Shown in pieces: positions 1 to 13,493 of a stretch of DNA of 64,000 nt. Position 1 is the first letter of the stretch. Each line of letters starts with the position of its first letter. The stretch is from Auanema rhodensis (taxonomy: Eukaryota; Animalia; Nematoda). The stretch covers positions 9,982,001-10,046,000 of the forward strand of contig OZ059894.1 in the NCBI GenBank assembly GCA_964057225.1. Direction: 5' to 3'. The position numbers and the translations under genes are program-made. The notes beneath the pieces are model-generated. The model did not search any database and had not been told where the DNA came from. It saw only the letters and a program-made list of their open reading frames with translations.

Positions 1-3000
1 TTCAAATTTAAAAATATACTCATCATCTCTCAACTAAGATTATACAAAAAGTAAATATTAATATAAATAGAAGAACATAAGAATTATAAGTAGAAGAGAT
101 TGATATATATGGGTGAAGAAGTATGTATATAGACTGTCTGCCAGAAATAACAATGTCCGGATAGGAGAAATTTCAAATTTTGCGGGGCTTATCTGCATTT
201 CGACAATTTGGGGCTTCATTAAATTTCATATTTGCTACAAGTGACGACAGAAAAAAAAGAAAAAAAAGAACGAAAGATGAAGCATTCCTTGGTTTTTCTT
301 GTCAACTCATCGAAATCGCTACAGCTTAATCAAGAGAAAAACAAACTATTTTCTCAGGAGCACGATTAAAACAAAACTCTTGGAACAATTGAAAAAAAAT
401 GTTTGAAGAGAGATAACAAGCAATCGAACAGATATGCGACAAGCTGGATTGCGTTGGTGTGATTTTCAGAATTTTCAGCAATCATTAATCAGCTGCCGTG
501 CAAATGGCAAAGGTCCCGGTCCAGTGCTGAGCATCGCTACTTTGCTGTGTCTTTCAACTAATTGGACAATCATATGTTTAAGAAAAGACACATTGTCACA
601 CAGTTAAGATGTATAGTATAGAAAATGAAGATAAAAAAATATATAAAATAGCAGATCAGAAAGATGAAGAAAAAGATAAAGAATGAGGAGAATGAATTGA
701 GAAGTGTGGGTGGGTAAGTAGCGATAAAGAGAGGGTAATAAAAACCAAAGAAATAGTGAGGATAGGGAGGAGATACATGGGAGGGTAGAGGATGTAACAA
801 AGATCTTATTGGCTTGTTAGCTCCACCTTCAGAAAGCATAAAAAGTATAAAGATATTTGAGTATGTTGTTCATGTATGCATCTCCTCATAACTTTTGTTC
901 AAAAAGGAGGGAACAAATTGATGAAAAGCGACTCAATTTCATTTTCATCAATCTCCTTTTATACACTTTGCTTTGAACTTTTCGCTTTTTTTTCATTCAG
1001 TCTTTGTTCCCGGTTCCTATCTTTCTCTCTGTGATTGCTTCCATCTAAACTTAGTCTTACTCTGACACAATTGAGGATCCTCAAACCCCCTTATTCGTTT
1101 TACCAACAATTTGAAACAAAAGAGAATTTTAAGAGATTGAACATACATATGAATACTAAGAACAATACAAGAAAATGAGAAAAAACTGACTTAAACAAAA
1201 AATTGCCAAACTACAACCGTATCTGAGCGAATAATATATGAAAAATGATTTAGATCACGCGAGATTTACGTGAAATTCACGTAAAAAATGAAAATGTATG
1301 CTTACAATTAGAATTTCTTCTTGATGCCATCTGCCTCTGATGCTTCTTTTTCATCTTTTTTTCTACTTGCTTGGTTGATTCCACGAGAACATAGACAATT
1401 AACCATTTCAAACAGGTGTTAGAGATAGAAACAAGCTTTGATGAGAAGCTGCTCAATCACACAAACACACACACGTACATACACATACTCTCCGCCCGAG
1501 GGCAAAACGATAGCATGGAAAAGATAAACGAAATAGAGAAAGAACATAATACAAGAAATGGATGACGAAGTAAACATCTAGCTGAGAAAGCAATAACGTA
1601 TTTGAATTTGAATGAATAAATTTGTATTATGTAAATTAATATGAACATCATCAATACTTATACTTTCGCTAACACCTAAACCATTCGTAGCCACTCCCTT
1701 GCTCCCACCTCTTACTCCTTTCTCTCAATACTCCAAGACACATAAGACATATTCTAAGAGAAGAAGATGAAATGAAGGACTATTCCAACGAAAACTAAAT
1801 AGAATCATGCTTTCACTTCATAGCCGGAGAGCTGAGAAAAGGAAATCAGAAGAAGATGACTTTACGCTGCTGTACGGGTCAACGAACGGCGCCTGCTCAC
1901 TCAATCTATTTTTATATGAGTATGGCTGTGAGCAGTCAGTGATTTGTTCAATCTCTCTTCATCTCATTACTATTTCCTAGCTTCATCCTATCGTTTCTTA
2001 CTCTTTCTTCAATTGTCTTGGATAGATCCTCATGCTCATTTATCAGTTCGCCGTGTGACAAGTGTTAAGATTTCATTCCTACACATAGATGAAACAATTT
2101 ATTATGTCAGATAAACTTTAAGCGTTCTTTAGTACATTATAAGTGAATTTCTGTCACATCATTGACCTGATGATATTAAGGTTGATCTTCAACTTCCACC
2201 CTATTTTTCAAATCTCGCAAATGAGCTAATTCTGATCTGCAAATGAAACGTTACTGAAACACTTCAATAGCTACGCATGTTTTGCAAGAAAAATTTAGCT
2301 AGAAGCATGTTGATTTCATTATTAGCCTATCATTTATTTCAAAAAACTATGGAAACCTAATGAAAGCTTATATGGAACAAGTACAACATCATGTTCGCTA
2401 TTTGGTAATTATGTGCACACATAGAAGCATTTAAAACCATAAAAGCTGTTCAGCAAGCATTATCTTTGCCACAATGATCATGGCGGGGGATAATTTGTTC
2501 TGTTTTTGAAATAAAAAACGTTTTTTATGACCTTCCGGGAGCTTCTAAGCTATAACTTATAACTTCAGGCTAAAACAACTTACAAAAGTTTAAACAAACT
2601 TAAACTTATTGCTTTGGCAACGATTCAAAATATTTGAATTCGAAAACACTAATAAAGCTCTCAATAGGCAGAAAAAGCCTTATCTATATACTAGTCTTTA
2701 AGCTATTTTCCTAAGTTTTTCTTTTCAGATGATTTTAATAAGCGAACGATCAACATTTTCAGATCGTAACCTAGAAAAACATACTTAAAATTGCCATAAA
2801 ATACATGAAAAATTAATTTTCAAAGAACAAAAAGGACAAATAGCAATGCATTATTGAAAATTTCACACGCAAGCAGCTTAATGTGATCATGAATGAAGAA
2901 TAGAGAAATAATTCTGAATAACTCTTCGGCTATGTACGTCATAGTACCATTTAACATGGATGTTTGAATAGTATTTTTTAGATCTTAAGTAGATACTTCC

Positions 3001-3819
3001 AACATTCAAACTTCTGCTATGTATGACATACAGAATTAATGATCTTCGAGCTTAGCTGTTTGTGGTCGATAAAAGAATATAATACAGAATCCTAGAGAGA
3101 AGAAAGCTTCAAACGATAATCCAGCGTCAAACATGACTCAAAGAGAGACGAAAGCAACCGCATGTCATTGACATAGGATTTAAACTGAATTAGATAGTCT
3201 TATAAAGCGAAATATAGGCAGTGCGCTTTTGCCCTACAATCAAACGAATAATATTACAGAGGGAAATGCTATGAAAGAAAAGTTTAATAGTCGTTTATCA
3301 AAAATCAAAAGTATTATGCACAACCGCTATGAATAAAAAGTTAAAATGAATAGTATGTTAAAATCATTTTCATGATAAAGCCAGCGCGAAGCGGTTGTTC
3401 TCCAGACAACAATTCAAGAATATGAAAATATTTCCTTCAGAAAATGTTGGAAAGGATGTGATATTAGACAAAAATAGTAACTCTGACTACGCGGCATTTA
3501 CGGTACGAGATGGATAGATAGCATATGGATATCAATGAAGATATATGTATATGTATATATGAGGGGAGTAAGACTATCAAAAGTTCATAGTCAAGAATGA
3601 GAACTGATGTTAATTAGTTAGAAATACAAGATTATACAAACGAATCTTATGCACACGAATGGTACACTTAAACATGAATACTATGCGATATCTGAACGAA
3701 TTAAAGACTTCAAACGAAAAGTTAACAACACCAATAACAAAAGATAACAATCACTAAGAAATAAGTACAGAGTGAACAATAATAACAATTTACAATGAAA
3801 TAGTACTAATTCCGGGAAA

Positions 3820-6800
3820 CTAACTCAGTGAAATTAGTGCGGGATCCAATAAGTTTGATGCTCCTTCAGCCGAGTTTGGTCGAATTGAAGGAGATGGAAG
3901 AGGAGAGGCTGAATTATTAAAATTAATGTCTGTGAAAAGAGACGAAAAACATACATTTATATCCAGTGGCTGATGGAACGCGAGGTTCTCTGAAGCTCTC
4001 TTTACGTGCAACTTCGTCTTTGGCTTTACGTGGTTCATAGAATGGAGGCAAAGATCTTTAAAAATAAGAAAAATGAAGTTTTCAATAAGCAATTGACTGA
4101 CTTTTTCAACATCTGATCGAATCGGTTACGAGCTTGACTAGTAGATAAAGTCATGTCCGAAGACAATGTCTGCATGGCAGGTGGAGGCGGTGAAAATGGA
4201 CCAGCATATCTTAGAGAATTTATAGTTAATAAATTAAATAAAAATTTAAAAGAAACCTTTTCTTTTTCGCCCGACCGACTTCTTCCTTTTCTGCAGCTAT
4301 CTTCTGCTTATCTCTAGCACTAAAAGACAAAATGTTAAAAAGTAAATGCATGTCTTAATTTACCTGAACTTAGTGGGATCCACATTATACACATTATTGA
4401 GTTCGACCGGAATTAATTGAGATCTCTCTCGTTTTGTTTCATCTAATATTAGAAAATGATGAACTTGCTCCTGTAATGAATCAAACTTAAGCAGAAAAAA
4501 CTAAGTTAGTCTTACAACAAGAGCTCTATGTACAGTTTTTTGAGTTATGCACATTTTGTTTAAAACTGTGTTTGAAGCCATTAAATTGGCATCAGTATGT
4601 GCAACTACCACCAAGCCAGTTGGAACTAAAATACCGAAATTAGTTTGTTTTTCTCACAAAAACACTTCTACCAATCATGTGAGAACGCAATTCTTTCATT
4701 GCTACTGGGTCAAAATCCTCGGCTTCTGATCCTACGATAAACAATGACGGGCAATATGTCAAAAGAATGTCATCATCCGCGGTCTTAATGTATTATTTAC
4801 TAATGACGTTTTCAAGTTAAAAACTTACACCACGAGGTCCCTCCGTTGTAAGCACAGGGAAAGCAAGGTCGATTATAGCTGATACTCCATGAGTTAATTG
4901 AACAGCCTAAATGACTTTGGATCAGAATCACAAAAAATAGGAACTAAATTACTCTATGATTGAAGAAGCACGTGGTTTGCCAACCCACCAACACAATTCG
5001 CTTATCACGGTGAGTTTTAGTGAATTGTTTAATCTTAAAAACATCCAACAATACTCATTAATTCCTGCCGATCTCGCTTACCTTTTGCACAATCTTATCA
5101 ATCATTGTATCACAAATCTGAGCTACAGAACAACTCTCATACTCTTCATTAAAACTCATACGCATAATTTCGGAATCGGGATGACCCATCTGTTTTAGCC
5201 ATCTGTAATGTGAAGCTTAGCCGATGGTGTTATTTGGAATCTTGTACTGACCTGAAAACGTTTTCGTGATAGCGCGCCTTCAACACAAAATCTCCAGCAC
5301 TAATAGCAGGTGAGACAAGAAGAAATACGACATCAGACAGCAGGCAACTCTACAATTAAGTTTATTTATATTTAATCATATTTATAACAAAGAGTGTACT
5401 ATACAACAACAAACAATTATAATTAAGTGCTCACAGTAACAGTTCGGTTTAGCATATCCAGATCAGGGTCAACAACTTTCGTATTCGTGAACTCTGTCAG
5501 CATCTCCACCACGTCGGGCCAGGGATATGAATCATTGGCACAGTTCTTTATGATCTTCCCGATATAAGAGTTAGTCTATTACACGAGTTATTACCGCAAT
5601 TTAAAATAGTTACGTACCAGAGTTTTGCAGTATCGGAGAAGAATCAAGTACGAGGCTAGAAAATGAGTTGGTAAAGCTTCCACAAAAACTTTATGAGCCC
5701 AGAAGACACAAGTCTGTTGTTCCTAGAATAAAAAAAATAAGGAAAAGTTCAAGAAAAGATGATTCACTTCACTGAACATATTGAAAACATCTCTAAGCAA
5801 AGTAGCATTTCGCAACGTGCTGTTATAAATAGTTACATTTGCATTTCTAAATAAAATAATAGATTAAAACAAAGAATCAAGAAATTTTCTTACTTTCCCA
5901 AAGTAACCTCTTCAGATACATATTGATCTGTGATGATGTCCATCGCCTGATTCACTATGGCTTGTCGTAATTCATTCTCTTGTCGTATGCTAAACAAGAT
6001 AATATGTAAAACAAAAATGCTCACAGCTTACATATCATAAAAGTCCGAAACACTGTATGAGCCGTCTGGTTGACACGGCCTCACAAGTATTGTTCCAATA
6101 TGATTAGCAAGAAGTTGTGCATCAGCATTTATAACTACAGCAGTCTCATTAATATCTCGTGGGTCTTCAGTTGTTATATCTATATTATCGGTAGCATAGG
6201 ATGTATCCATCTGTTCTGGTCTAAATTAGAACAAGGATAAATAATATATTCTTATATTTTAACTTACATAGTTCTGTACAATAAGTCTCTATAAAAGAAA
6301 TCCTGGGGTTGCGAAGAGTCACTAGGCATAGATACGCATAGAGATTGTGATAATCCAGCAGGTTTGTTCTCCAGGAAACTTGAAAAAGGTATAACTTTTT
6401 CACGTTGCTTCTCCTTAGTATCAGCAGCTCTATCATGAGCATAGTAATCGTTTTCATTACGCACCATAGTGTATCCATCTATATAAAAAATAATTCAATA
6501 GATAACACTGTAAACCTATACCATGTCGACGTTTTCGCTTATCATGTGCATTCTTTTCTTCTTGCAAATCACTGTCCATTTCCCTCTGGAACTGCATTGC
6601 AAGATACTCGAGCGCTTTCCGAGTCTTCGTTTCTTTAGACTCACTTTCCTGTAAGAACAGAATATCAATAAGTATGTACAATTATAAACTACCTCGCTCT
6701 CGGAAGGCTTGCGAATTCCTTTAGAAGTTTTCATAAGGTATTCATTTTGCTTATATAACCCTCCCTTCTTGGTTCTTTCTGCTCTTCCGCCTGACAACGT

Positions 6801-9800
6801 ATCAGAATCTGTGGCCATTGATTTTGGTTGACGCTTATGAGAACTGTAAGAAAAACAAACAATTTTTTTAAAAAAATTTAAGCCTACGTAAGAGTATGAC
6901 TGAACACTGGAGGGGTTTCTCCTTTGGCCAGACAAGCCGCTTTCAAAACTTCATATTCCGCTTTTTTCTCCAAATATCTTTGTTTAGCAATGCCCATAGC
7001 CCTATATATAACATTAAGAAATATCCTTTGGGTGGCGCTTACCTTTGCCGGCGATCTTTCTTAGAAATGGCTCCAGAGTGACGAGATACTCCATCTTGAC
7101 AAACTTCTAATAATATTCGATCCATAACTGCATATACAACGACTCCAATTTTCTCCACGGTTCCTAAAAATATGGTTTTATACATAACTTAGAAAATGTA
7201 TTACCATCAGCATGAACATGATCTTCTAAAACAGGTTTAACAGAAGGAGTATATCCATAAACCCAAGATTTGCTACTTTTCTTCTTCAACTTGAGCTAAT
7301 AACACCAATATATAAAATTAACTTTAAAATTTTTAATTTGATTACCTCTCTCTTTAGATCATCGGTAGGCGTACTATCCATTCCGAAAATATCTTCCTCG
7401 AGAAAAGGAGTAATTTCTCTTTCTAAATCGTCAATGTCTTCTGTTTTTGGCTCAGGAATCAACACATCGGGAACAGCGACAGATTCAGAAACAGTAGCAG
7501 TAGCAGCTTCGGGAACATTAGTTGATTCAGGAGTAGCTGCCTTTGTAGGTACTCCTGCTCCAGAAATAATACTCGATCTTTTACCATCAAGTCGCAGTTT
7601 CAGTCGAATTGGTTGAATAGATTCTGACTTTCTACAAAAAAAAGACGTCCACATTTGTCTAGCAACGAATGGATACCGTTTGTTTCCTGATCCACTAGTC
7701 TTGGTTTTAGATCGATTCACCTTAGCTGTAGGAGTGGGTTCGGCTGGAGTCTCCTATAAAGAAATAGCACGAATCAAGCATAAGTAGGAAAGAGTAAACC
7801 TCAGAAGAAGAAGCAGAAGCCGCACTTGAAGAAGCAAGCTGCTCAACCTTCCCCACAGGTCGATCAGTAACAAAATCTTGAAACCTAACAGGTTTCACAA
7901 TTCGACGAGAAGAACGGACAGCTAAAAGTAATTTATTGCCAAGTTTACTTAATGGGAATACTTACGAGCATCTGCTTTAGCCTTTAAGGCAGGAGTATTC
8001 AAAACAACAGGTATGGGTTTCACAGGTGATCCATTCTGTACAAAATAATTAACTTGGTTGATAATCTTAAACAAAAATATTCACCTCATTGAGCAGTTTA
8101 CCCTTGCTGCGACCAGGCTTCACTTGAGGAGTAACACTTGCAGATTCTTTTTTATCTTTATCGTTGTTCACGACTGCTTTCTCTTCTACTTTTAAAGCTT
8201 CTTTTTCTTTCTCCTCTTTTTCTTCTTCTTGTTCCTTCTCTTTCTCTGCTTCCATAACAATCTCATTTTCTACTAGGGGCTTTTCTGCAACCTTCTCACT
8301 CTCCTTATTTAGCTCTTTAGGGTCTACATCCGCAGTTTTTTCCTGATAAGTACACATATTATGAAACAAAATTTAAAATGAGAAACCTCCGGTTGTGAAC
8401 TTTCCGACGCCGCTATCATTAATAATCCTGCAGCAGCATTCTGCGTATCACTATCCATTTCTTCCAGCTTTATCTCTTTAGCTTAAAATTTAAAAAATAA
8501 AAAGGTTTGAATGATATTAGCAATACTTTTAGATTCATCAGATTCGTCCGGTTCAATAACTGGATCAGTGCTTTCCTTAACCTAGAAACCAAATCGTGAG
8601 AAAGGTAAAAGAACATAACAAACTAACAGATTCCTGTATCGTTTCCGACACCGACGGCTCACTTGTACCTTGTATTATTTTAAGACTAGAAGAACTTTTT
8701 AAATCTGGCGAAGGGCTCCTCACACGTTGATATAATCTAAGAGAAAATTGAATAAAATAATTCCAAAATATGAATACTAACTTTGCATTACGAACAATAT
8801 CTAATGCAGAATTAGGACGAGCAGAAATTTTGAAATCTGATTTGGAATCTCCTTTACCTTCCCCCTTTAAAGCAGTAATACTACGAAGTTTTGGTGACAT
8901 CATCGACTGGAGACTTCGCCTAGGTCTGTAACACTAAATTTAAAATTAAAATTTTAGATATTTACTTTGTTGTAAGATCCGAGAGCGCTGATGCAATAAT
9001 TCCAGCTTCACGAATACTGAAAAACAATAACAAAATTCAACAAGAAAATATTAAAGAACTTACATAGTGGCTGTGTCCTCTGTTGAATCAGTTTTATCAC
9101 TTGTAACACTCTATATAAACCGATATATATCAAAACATTGAATAATATGACATTACCGTGCGATCATCAGCAGTGACAGCGGGTTTTTGTGAAGTTTTTT
9201 CACTATCACTTTGCTATATACAAATTAGATAACGTTAATAAGTATGACAAATACCTCAGAAACTTTAGATTGTCGACGAGAAGGACCCACTAACTGTGAA
9301 ATAAAATCGCGCCCTTTGCCGGCAGCTAATCTCTTCGGCCGGGAAGAACTCTGAGGGGTATTCCCAGCTTCCGAAGATTCAGATTGCATCACGATCGACG
9401 TATCAGCTGTCTGATCTAAACGAACGCATGGTTGATTTTTTTTTGAAATTTACAAGCCTTCGCTGGCGATTGAGGCTGAAGAAACGGGTGATTCTTCTTC
9501 AAGTTTAACCACTTTGTCAACTGATTTTTTCCGAGGAAGCTCAAATAATACAAGGTAAGACATTTCAAAATAGAGACAACAATACCTTCAGCTTAACTGC
9601 TGCAGTTTTCTTCTGTGTACCAGTTGAACTTTTTTTAGACGGGGGTTGTTGTAGAGTAGGTGAGCTAGTTGAAGCTTTTTCGCTTGATGATATATTAATA
9701 TTAAGACTAGGTGAAGTGCTTGGGTTAGGTTCGGTAACCTGAAAACAATTTCTTGAATAATATTTTCGAATATTTATGAACCTTAATCCCTAATTTTTTA

Positions 9801-10472
9801 TAGTCTAGGGCGAAATCTTCAACGTAAGAAAACTTCTCTCTTAATATTGCTCCTAGATGACTAAGGAAAATCTTAAAAAATGCAGGGTTTCAACAAAATA
9901 TTTGTAAAACAAAAATTCGTACAACTTCACGTGAAGGTTCTGCGACGATACCAGGGGCTTCCTTATTTACAGAAGTTGTGTCGTTGGCAGGGGAAAATCT
10001 AAAAAAATATGGTAACATATATATACTTTATTATAATTGTTAAATAGTTTGTAAAAAGACAAGCGGACCTTTTTACTGCATGTTTGCTCCTTGATTTTGA
10101 TACAGAACGTGGAGTATTTAAAGATTCTGTTTCGATTTTTTCTTTACTATTATTTCTTAAATAAAAAATATTTTCTATTCAATTATTTAGAAACATACAA
10201 ATCTTTTGAAACAGTTGATCTTTTAAACTGCGGTGTATGTGATACTTCAGGGGAATATTCCTTTCTCTTCTGTCGTATTCGGGCAGAATTATCTTGAAGA
10301 AAACAAAGTCTTCTCTTTTAATAACTGCTCACTCACTTTTTCTCGAGGAAGCTGGCTCAGTTGAACTGCTTTCGTGTGCACTTTCACCGTCAAATTCTTG
10401 ATCCATAGACGTACTTACAGAGCGAGACGATTGTGCATCTACATTGAAATCAAACTTCTTATTACGTTCCAT
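3820..10472 (-). CDS. KANSL3: KAT8 regulatory NSL complex subunit 3 (KANSL3/SUMV-2-like), multi-exon, with a long low-complexity N-terminal region
   Basis: Spliced minus-strand exons at ~4400-4910 give AIIDLAFPVLTTEGPRG / ADDDILLTYCPSLFIVGSEA / TGLVVVAHTDANL...ITQKTVHR, matching the KANSL3 alpha/beta-hydrolase-like domain (human [28 protein letters not shown]). ATG at 10472 follows a TTTCAG acceptor (~10498); stop at 3820. That the S/T/E/K-rich exons at 7100-10470 belong to the same gene is inferred. Confidence 0.75.
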
Positions 10473-10559
10473 TATTCATCCGATACAGCAATTTTACCTG
10501 AAAGCGTTTTCAAACTAATTTTCCCCCGGCAAAATGAAAATGGCTCTATTGATTCTAAC

Positions 10560-10960
10560 AAAATTGTATAACTTTGAAAATGCTTTCTTATTATATATTT
10601 ATGCAAATAATAATACAAATACTAAACGATTTTTTATAAGAAACAATCAAAATTGTTATATAAACAGTATAATTCAAAAATTTAAATTTCCTTCTTTTCT
10701 TGAATGAAGAAGCTTTTGGCAACCAGCCATGCGACATCGCTGCGGGACCAATAAATCATGCTTAGGAATATAAAAATGACGGTTGCGGTAAAGAAACATA
10801 CGGCTGCAACGAAATGTAACTATGTTCCAACGATGAATCATGAGATATTTAAATAAAAAAGATTTTAATATAATTTATACTAATCCTGTATTCTTGGTGT
10901 AGTTTTCCATGTTTTTTAAGAACTTAACTAAAGAAGTTTAAACGAAAATTATTTTTACAG
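10560..10960. promoter_or_regulatory. Probable bidirectional promoter between KANSL3 (-) and ADCK1 (+)
   Basis: The two genes are head-to-head ~520 bp apart; an AT-rich stretch surrounds a CG-enriched core at 10720-10830; outron-type acceptors lie on each strand. Confidence 0.45.
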
Positions 10961-10992
10961 AAAGCTTATGCCGGTTATTTTGTGACATTAAT

Positions 10993-13147
10993 ATGCATTT
11001 TACACCTATTCTTGCTCACTCTTTCCGTTTAGTTAGAACACCTAGGATAAAGAAAGCAGTATGACTATTCCATATTATGCAAAGTTTTTGAAAAATAATT
11101 TTATAGTTTCTGTATGGCACCAGTATTGCTACTGTGGCTGGTGGATTTGCTGTTGTTAGATCGGTTGACACTGTTGAAGATTTGAAAGAGATCGGTTTAA
11201 TCAGATTCGGTAGAGCCTATATTACGGTACGATATTCAAATTAGATTTGAATAATTTGGCTGAATTAAGGTCGGGAAAATAATTTATGATTACAAAACTT
11301 CGTTACGAGGATTAGATGACATATCAGAAGAATACGCAGAAAAGATTAAAGGTTGTCATAAACGTAGTGCGGAAAGGCTTCTTGAATTAGCGCAAAGAAA
11401 TGGTGGAACATTCATCAAGGTACTGTAGCATACATAATCCTGCTTATCTGATAGCTATTAGGTTGGGCAACATATCGCAGCAATGGAATATCTCGTCCCA
11501 GTAGAATATACAGAAACTTTAAATGTACTCATGTCTAGAGCTCCTCAAGCATCCTTTGAAGATGTTAAATTTGTTGTAGAAGAAGAATTGGGGAAGCCTG
11601 TATATTTTGCTTTTTATTTAGAATTGATAAAATATTCTTCAGATCGATGAACTATTCGATGATTTTCAAAGAACTCCTGTAGGAGCCGCAAGTCTTGCTC
11701 AAGTTCATCCTGCTCGATTAAAAGTATACTCAAATATGCATTTGTTTTATAGCTAATCTATATAGGAAACTGGTGAAAAAGTAGCAGTGAAAGTTCAACA
11801 TCGAAGAGTTCTTAAAAATAGTCGTACTGATATGCACACAATGGAAGTAAGCTTGCTTAACAAGTTTCTATAAAACATTTAAAAATTAGTTCTTGGTCAC
11901 TGCTGCGGATAAAATATTTCCTGAGTTTAGTCTTATGTGGTTAGTGAAAGAAGTGAAGAAAAACCTACCGAACGAACTTGATTTTCTCCACGAGGCAAAA
12001 AATGCTGATAAAGTTCGAAAGCTCTTCCATCACTTATCATTCCTGAAGGTATATTTCCCATATTCGTGAGAATTTCTTCAAAGTTGTTTCAGATTCCTCT
12101 TATTTTCTATGAATACAGTACTCCTAGAGTATTAACAATGGAATTCTGCGAAGGTGCCCAAGTTGATAACTTGGAGTACATGAAAGCTAACAAGATAGAT
12201 AGACACGATGTATTATTTCATATTATTCTGAATATCTTAGAGTTTTTATTATAGGTTTGCAAGAAAATGGCAAAAATGATTTCTGAAATGATTTTCCTTG
12301 CTGGATATTTGCATGCTGATCCACATTCTGGTAATGTACTAGTGAGTAAAGTGAATGGCCGGACTCAAATCACTTTATTAGATCATGGGTTATATCTCGT
12401 AAGTTTTGCTTCATAATATTTTTGGAAAATTTGAATCCAAACAGAAAATGGACGACGATTTTAAAAAGCTTTACTCTGACTTATGGATAGGATTATTAGA
12501 TGCAAATCAGGAACGAATCAAGGTAAGTGGAATATGCGAATATATTTTCAGTTTTTGATCCTTTAGGATGCCGCTACACGGATGGGAGTAGGAGAGCTTT
12601 ATGGTCTTTTCGCATGTATTGTCACTCGAAGATCTTGGAAAGCTGTTACAGAAGGCATCAATAAGAGCAAAATAGATAAGAATGAGGTGGGAAAAAAACA
12701 TTTGGTAAATAATTTTCTTTTTTTTCTAGAAACAAGAGCTGAGACAATATGCAGTTTCTTTACTTCCTCAAATTAGTGAAGTGAGTTGACTTCGCAGTCT
12801 ACTTTAATAATGTAACTCTTTGTAGGTTCTTTCACGTATGCCGCGAGAAATGCTGCTCATACTGAAAACAAATGATCTTCTAAGAAATTTGGAACATCAG
12901 TTGTCAGTATATGGACGTGAAGATTCTCTGATTGAGGTATAACCACTGTATCTCAGAAATTATCGTAACAAATAATTTGTTTCAGATGTCAAAATGTGTT
13001 ATTCGATCAAACTATGATAATGCTTTAAAAGCAAGCAAGTCCTATGTCAATTCCTTATTCGTACGTGTTAACTACTTTTGGCACTATTTCAAAATCAGGT
13101 CATATGAAATATTTTTGATTTCAAAAGATTGTATAGGTTTAAACTGA
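10993..13147 (+). CDS. ADCK1: aarF/ABC1 domain-containing atypical kinase ADCK1
   Basis: Spliced exons encode NGGTFIKVGQH, GAASLAQVH, VAVKVQH, ELDFLHEAKN, HADPHSGN and LLDHGLY, all typical UbiB/ADCK motifs. Stop TGA at 13145-13147. Confidence 0.9.
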
Positions 13148-13493
13148 GAATTTTATTAGATTTGTATAGCTCTCTATATTTTTATTGGAATAATTTTTAG
13201 CTTGGGTCAATAAGATTTTATTTTTTCAAATAGCCATATGTATTAAAGAAGCCAAAATAGGAAATATTTGTTGAAAATGCAAAAAAAAGTTTATTAAATG
13301 GATAAAGATATTACAAATGAGTTAATTGTGGATTTAACGTCATGAGCGGAACAAAGAAGGGTATTTGCAAGATCACAGAGATACATCAGGATAACAGCGA
13401 GACCAGACAGTAGCTATATATAACAGATATGTTGTAGTAAGTAATCAAAGTAAGTAAATAAATAAGTAATATAATTTACAAGGCATATATGTA

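Noticed and set aside
1265-1285. Perfect short palindrome TTTACGTGAAATTCACGTAAA
   Set aside because: Isolated 9-bp stem with no copies or context; expected occasionally by chance.
1-3800. ORFs 570-839 and 1457-1654, GA/CA-rich tracts and a possible minus-strand first exon near 1300-1410
   Set aside because: The ORFs are low-complexity antisense artefacts of purine-rich DNA. The candidate exon has a donor-like GTAAGC but no recognisable product or partner exon in the window.
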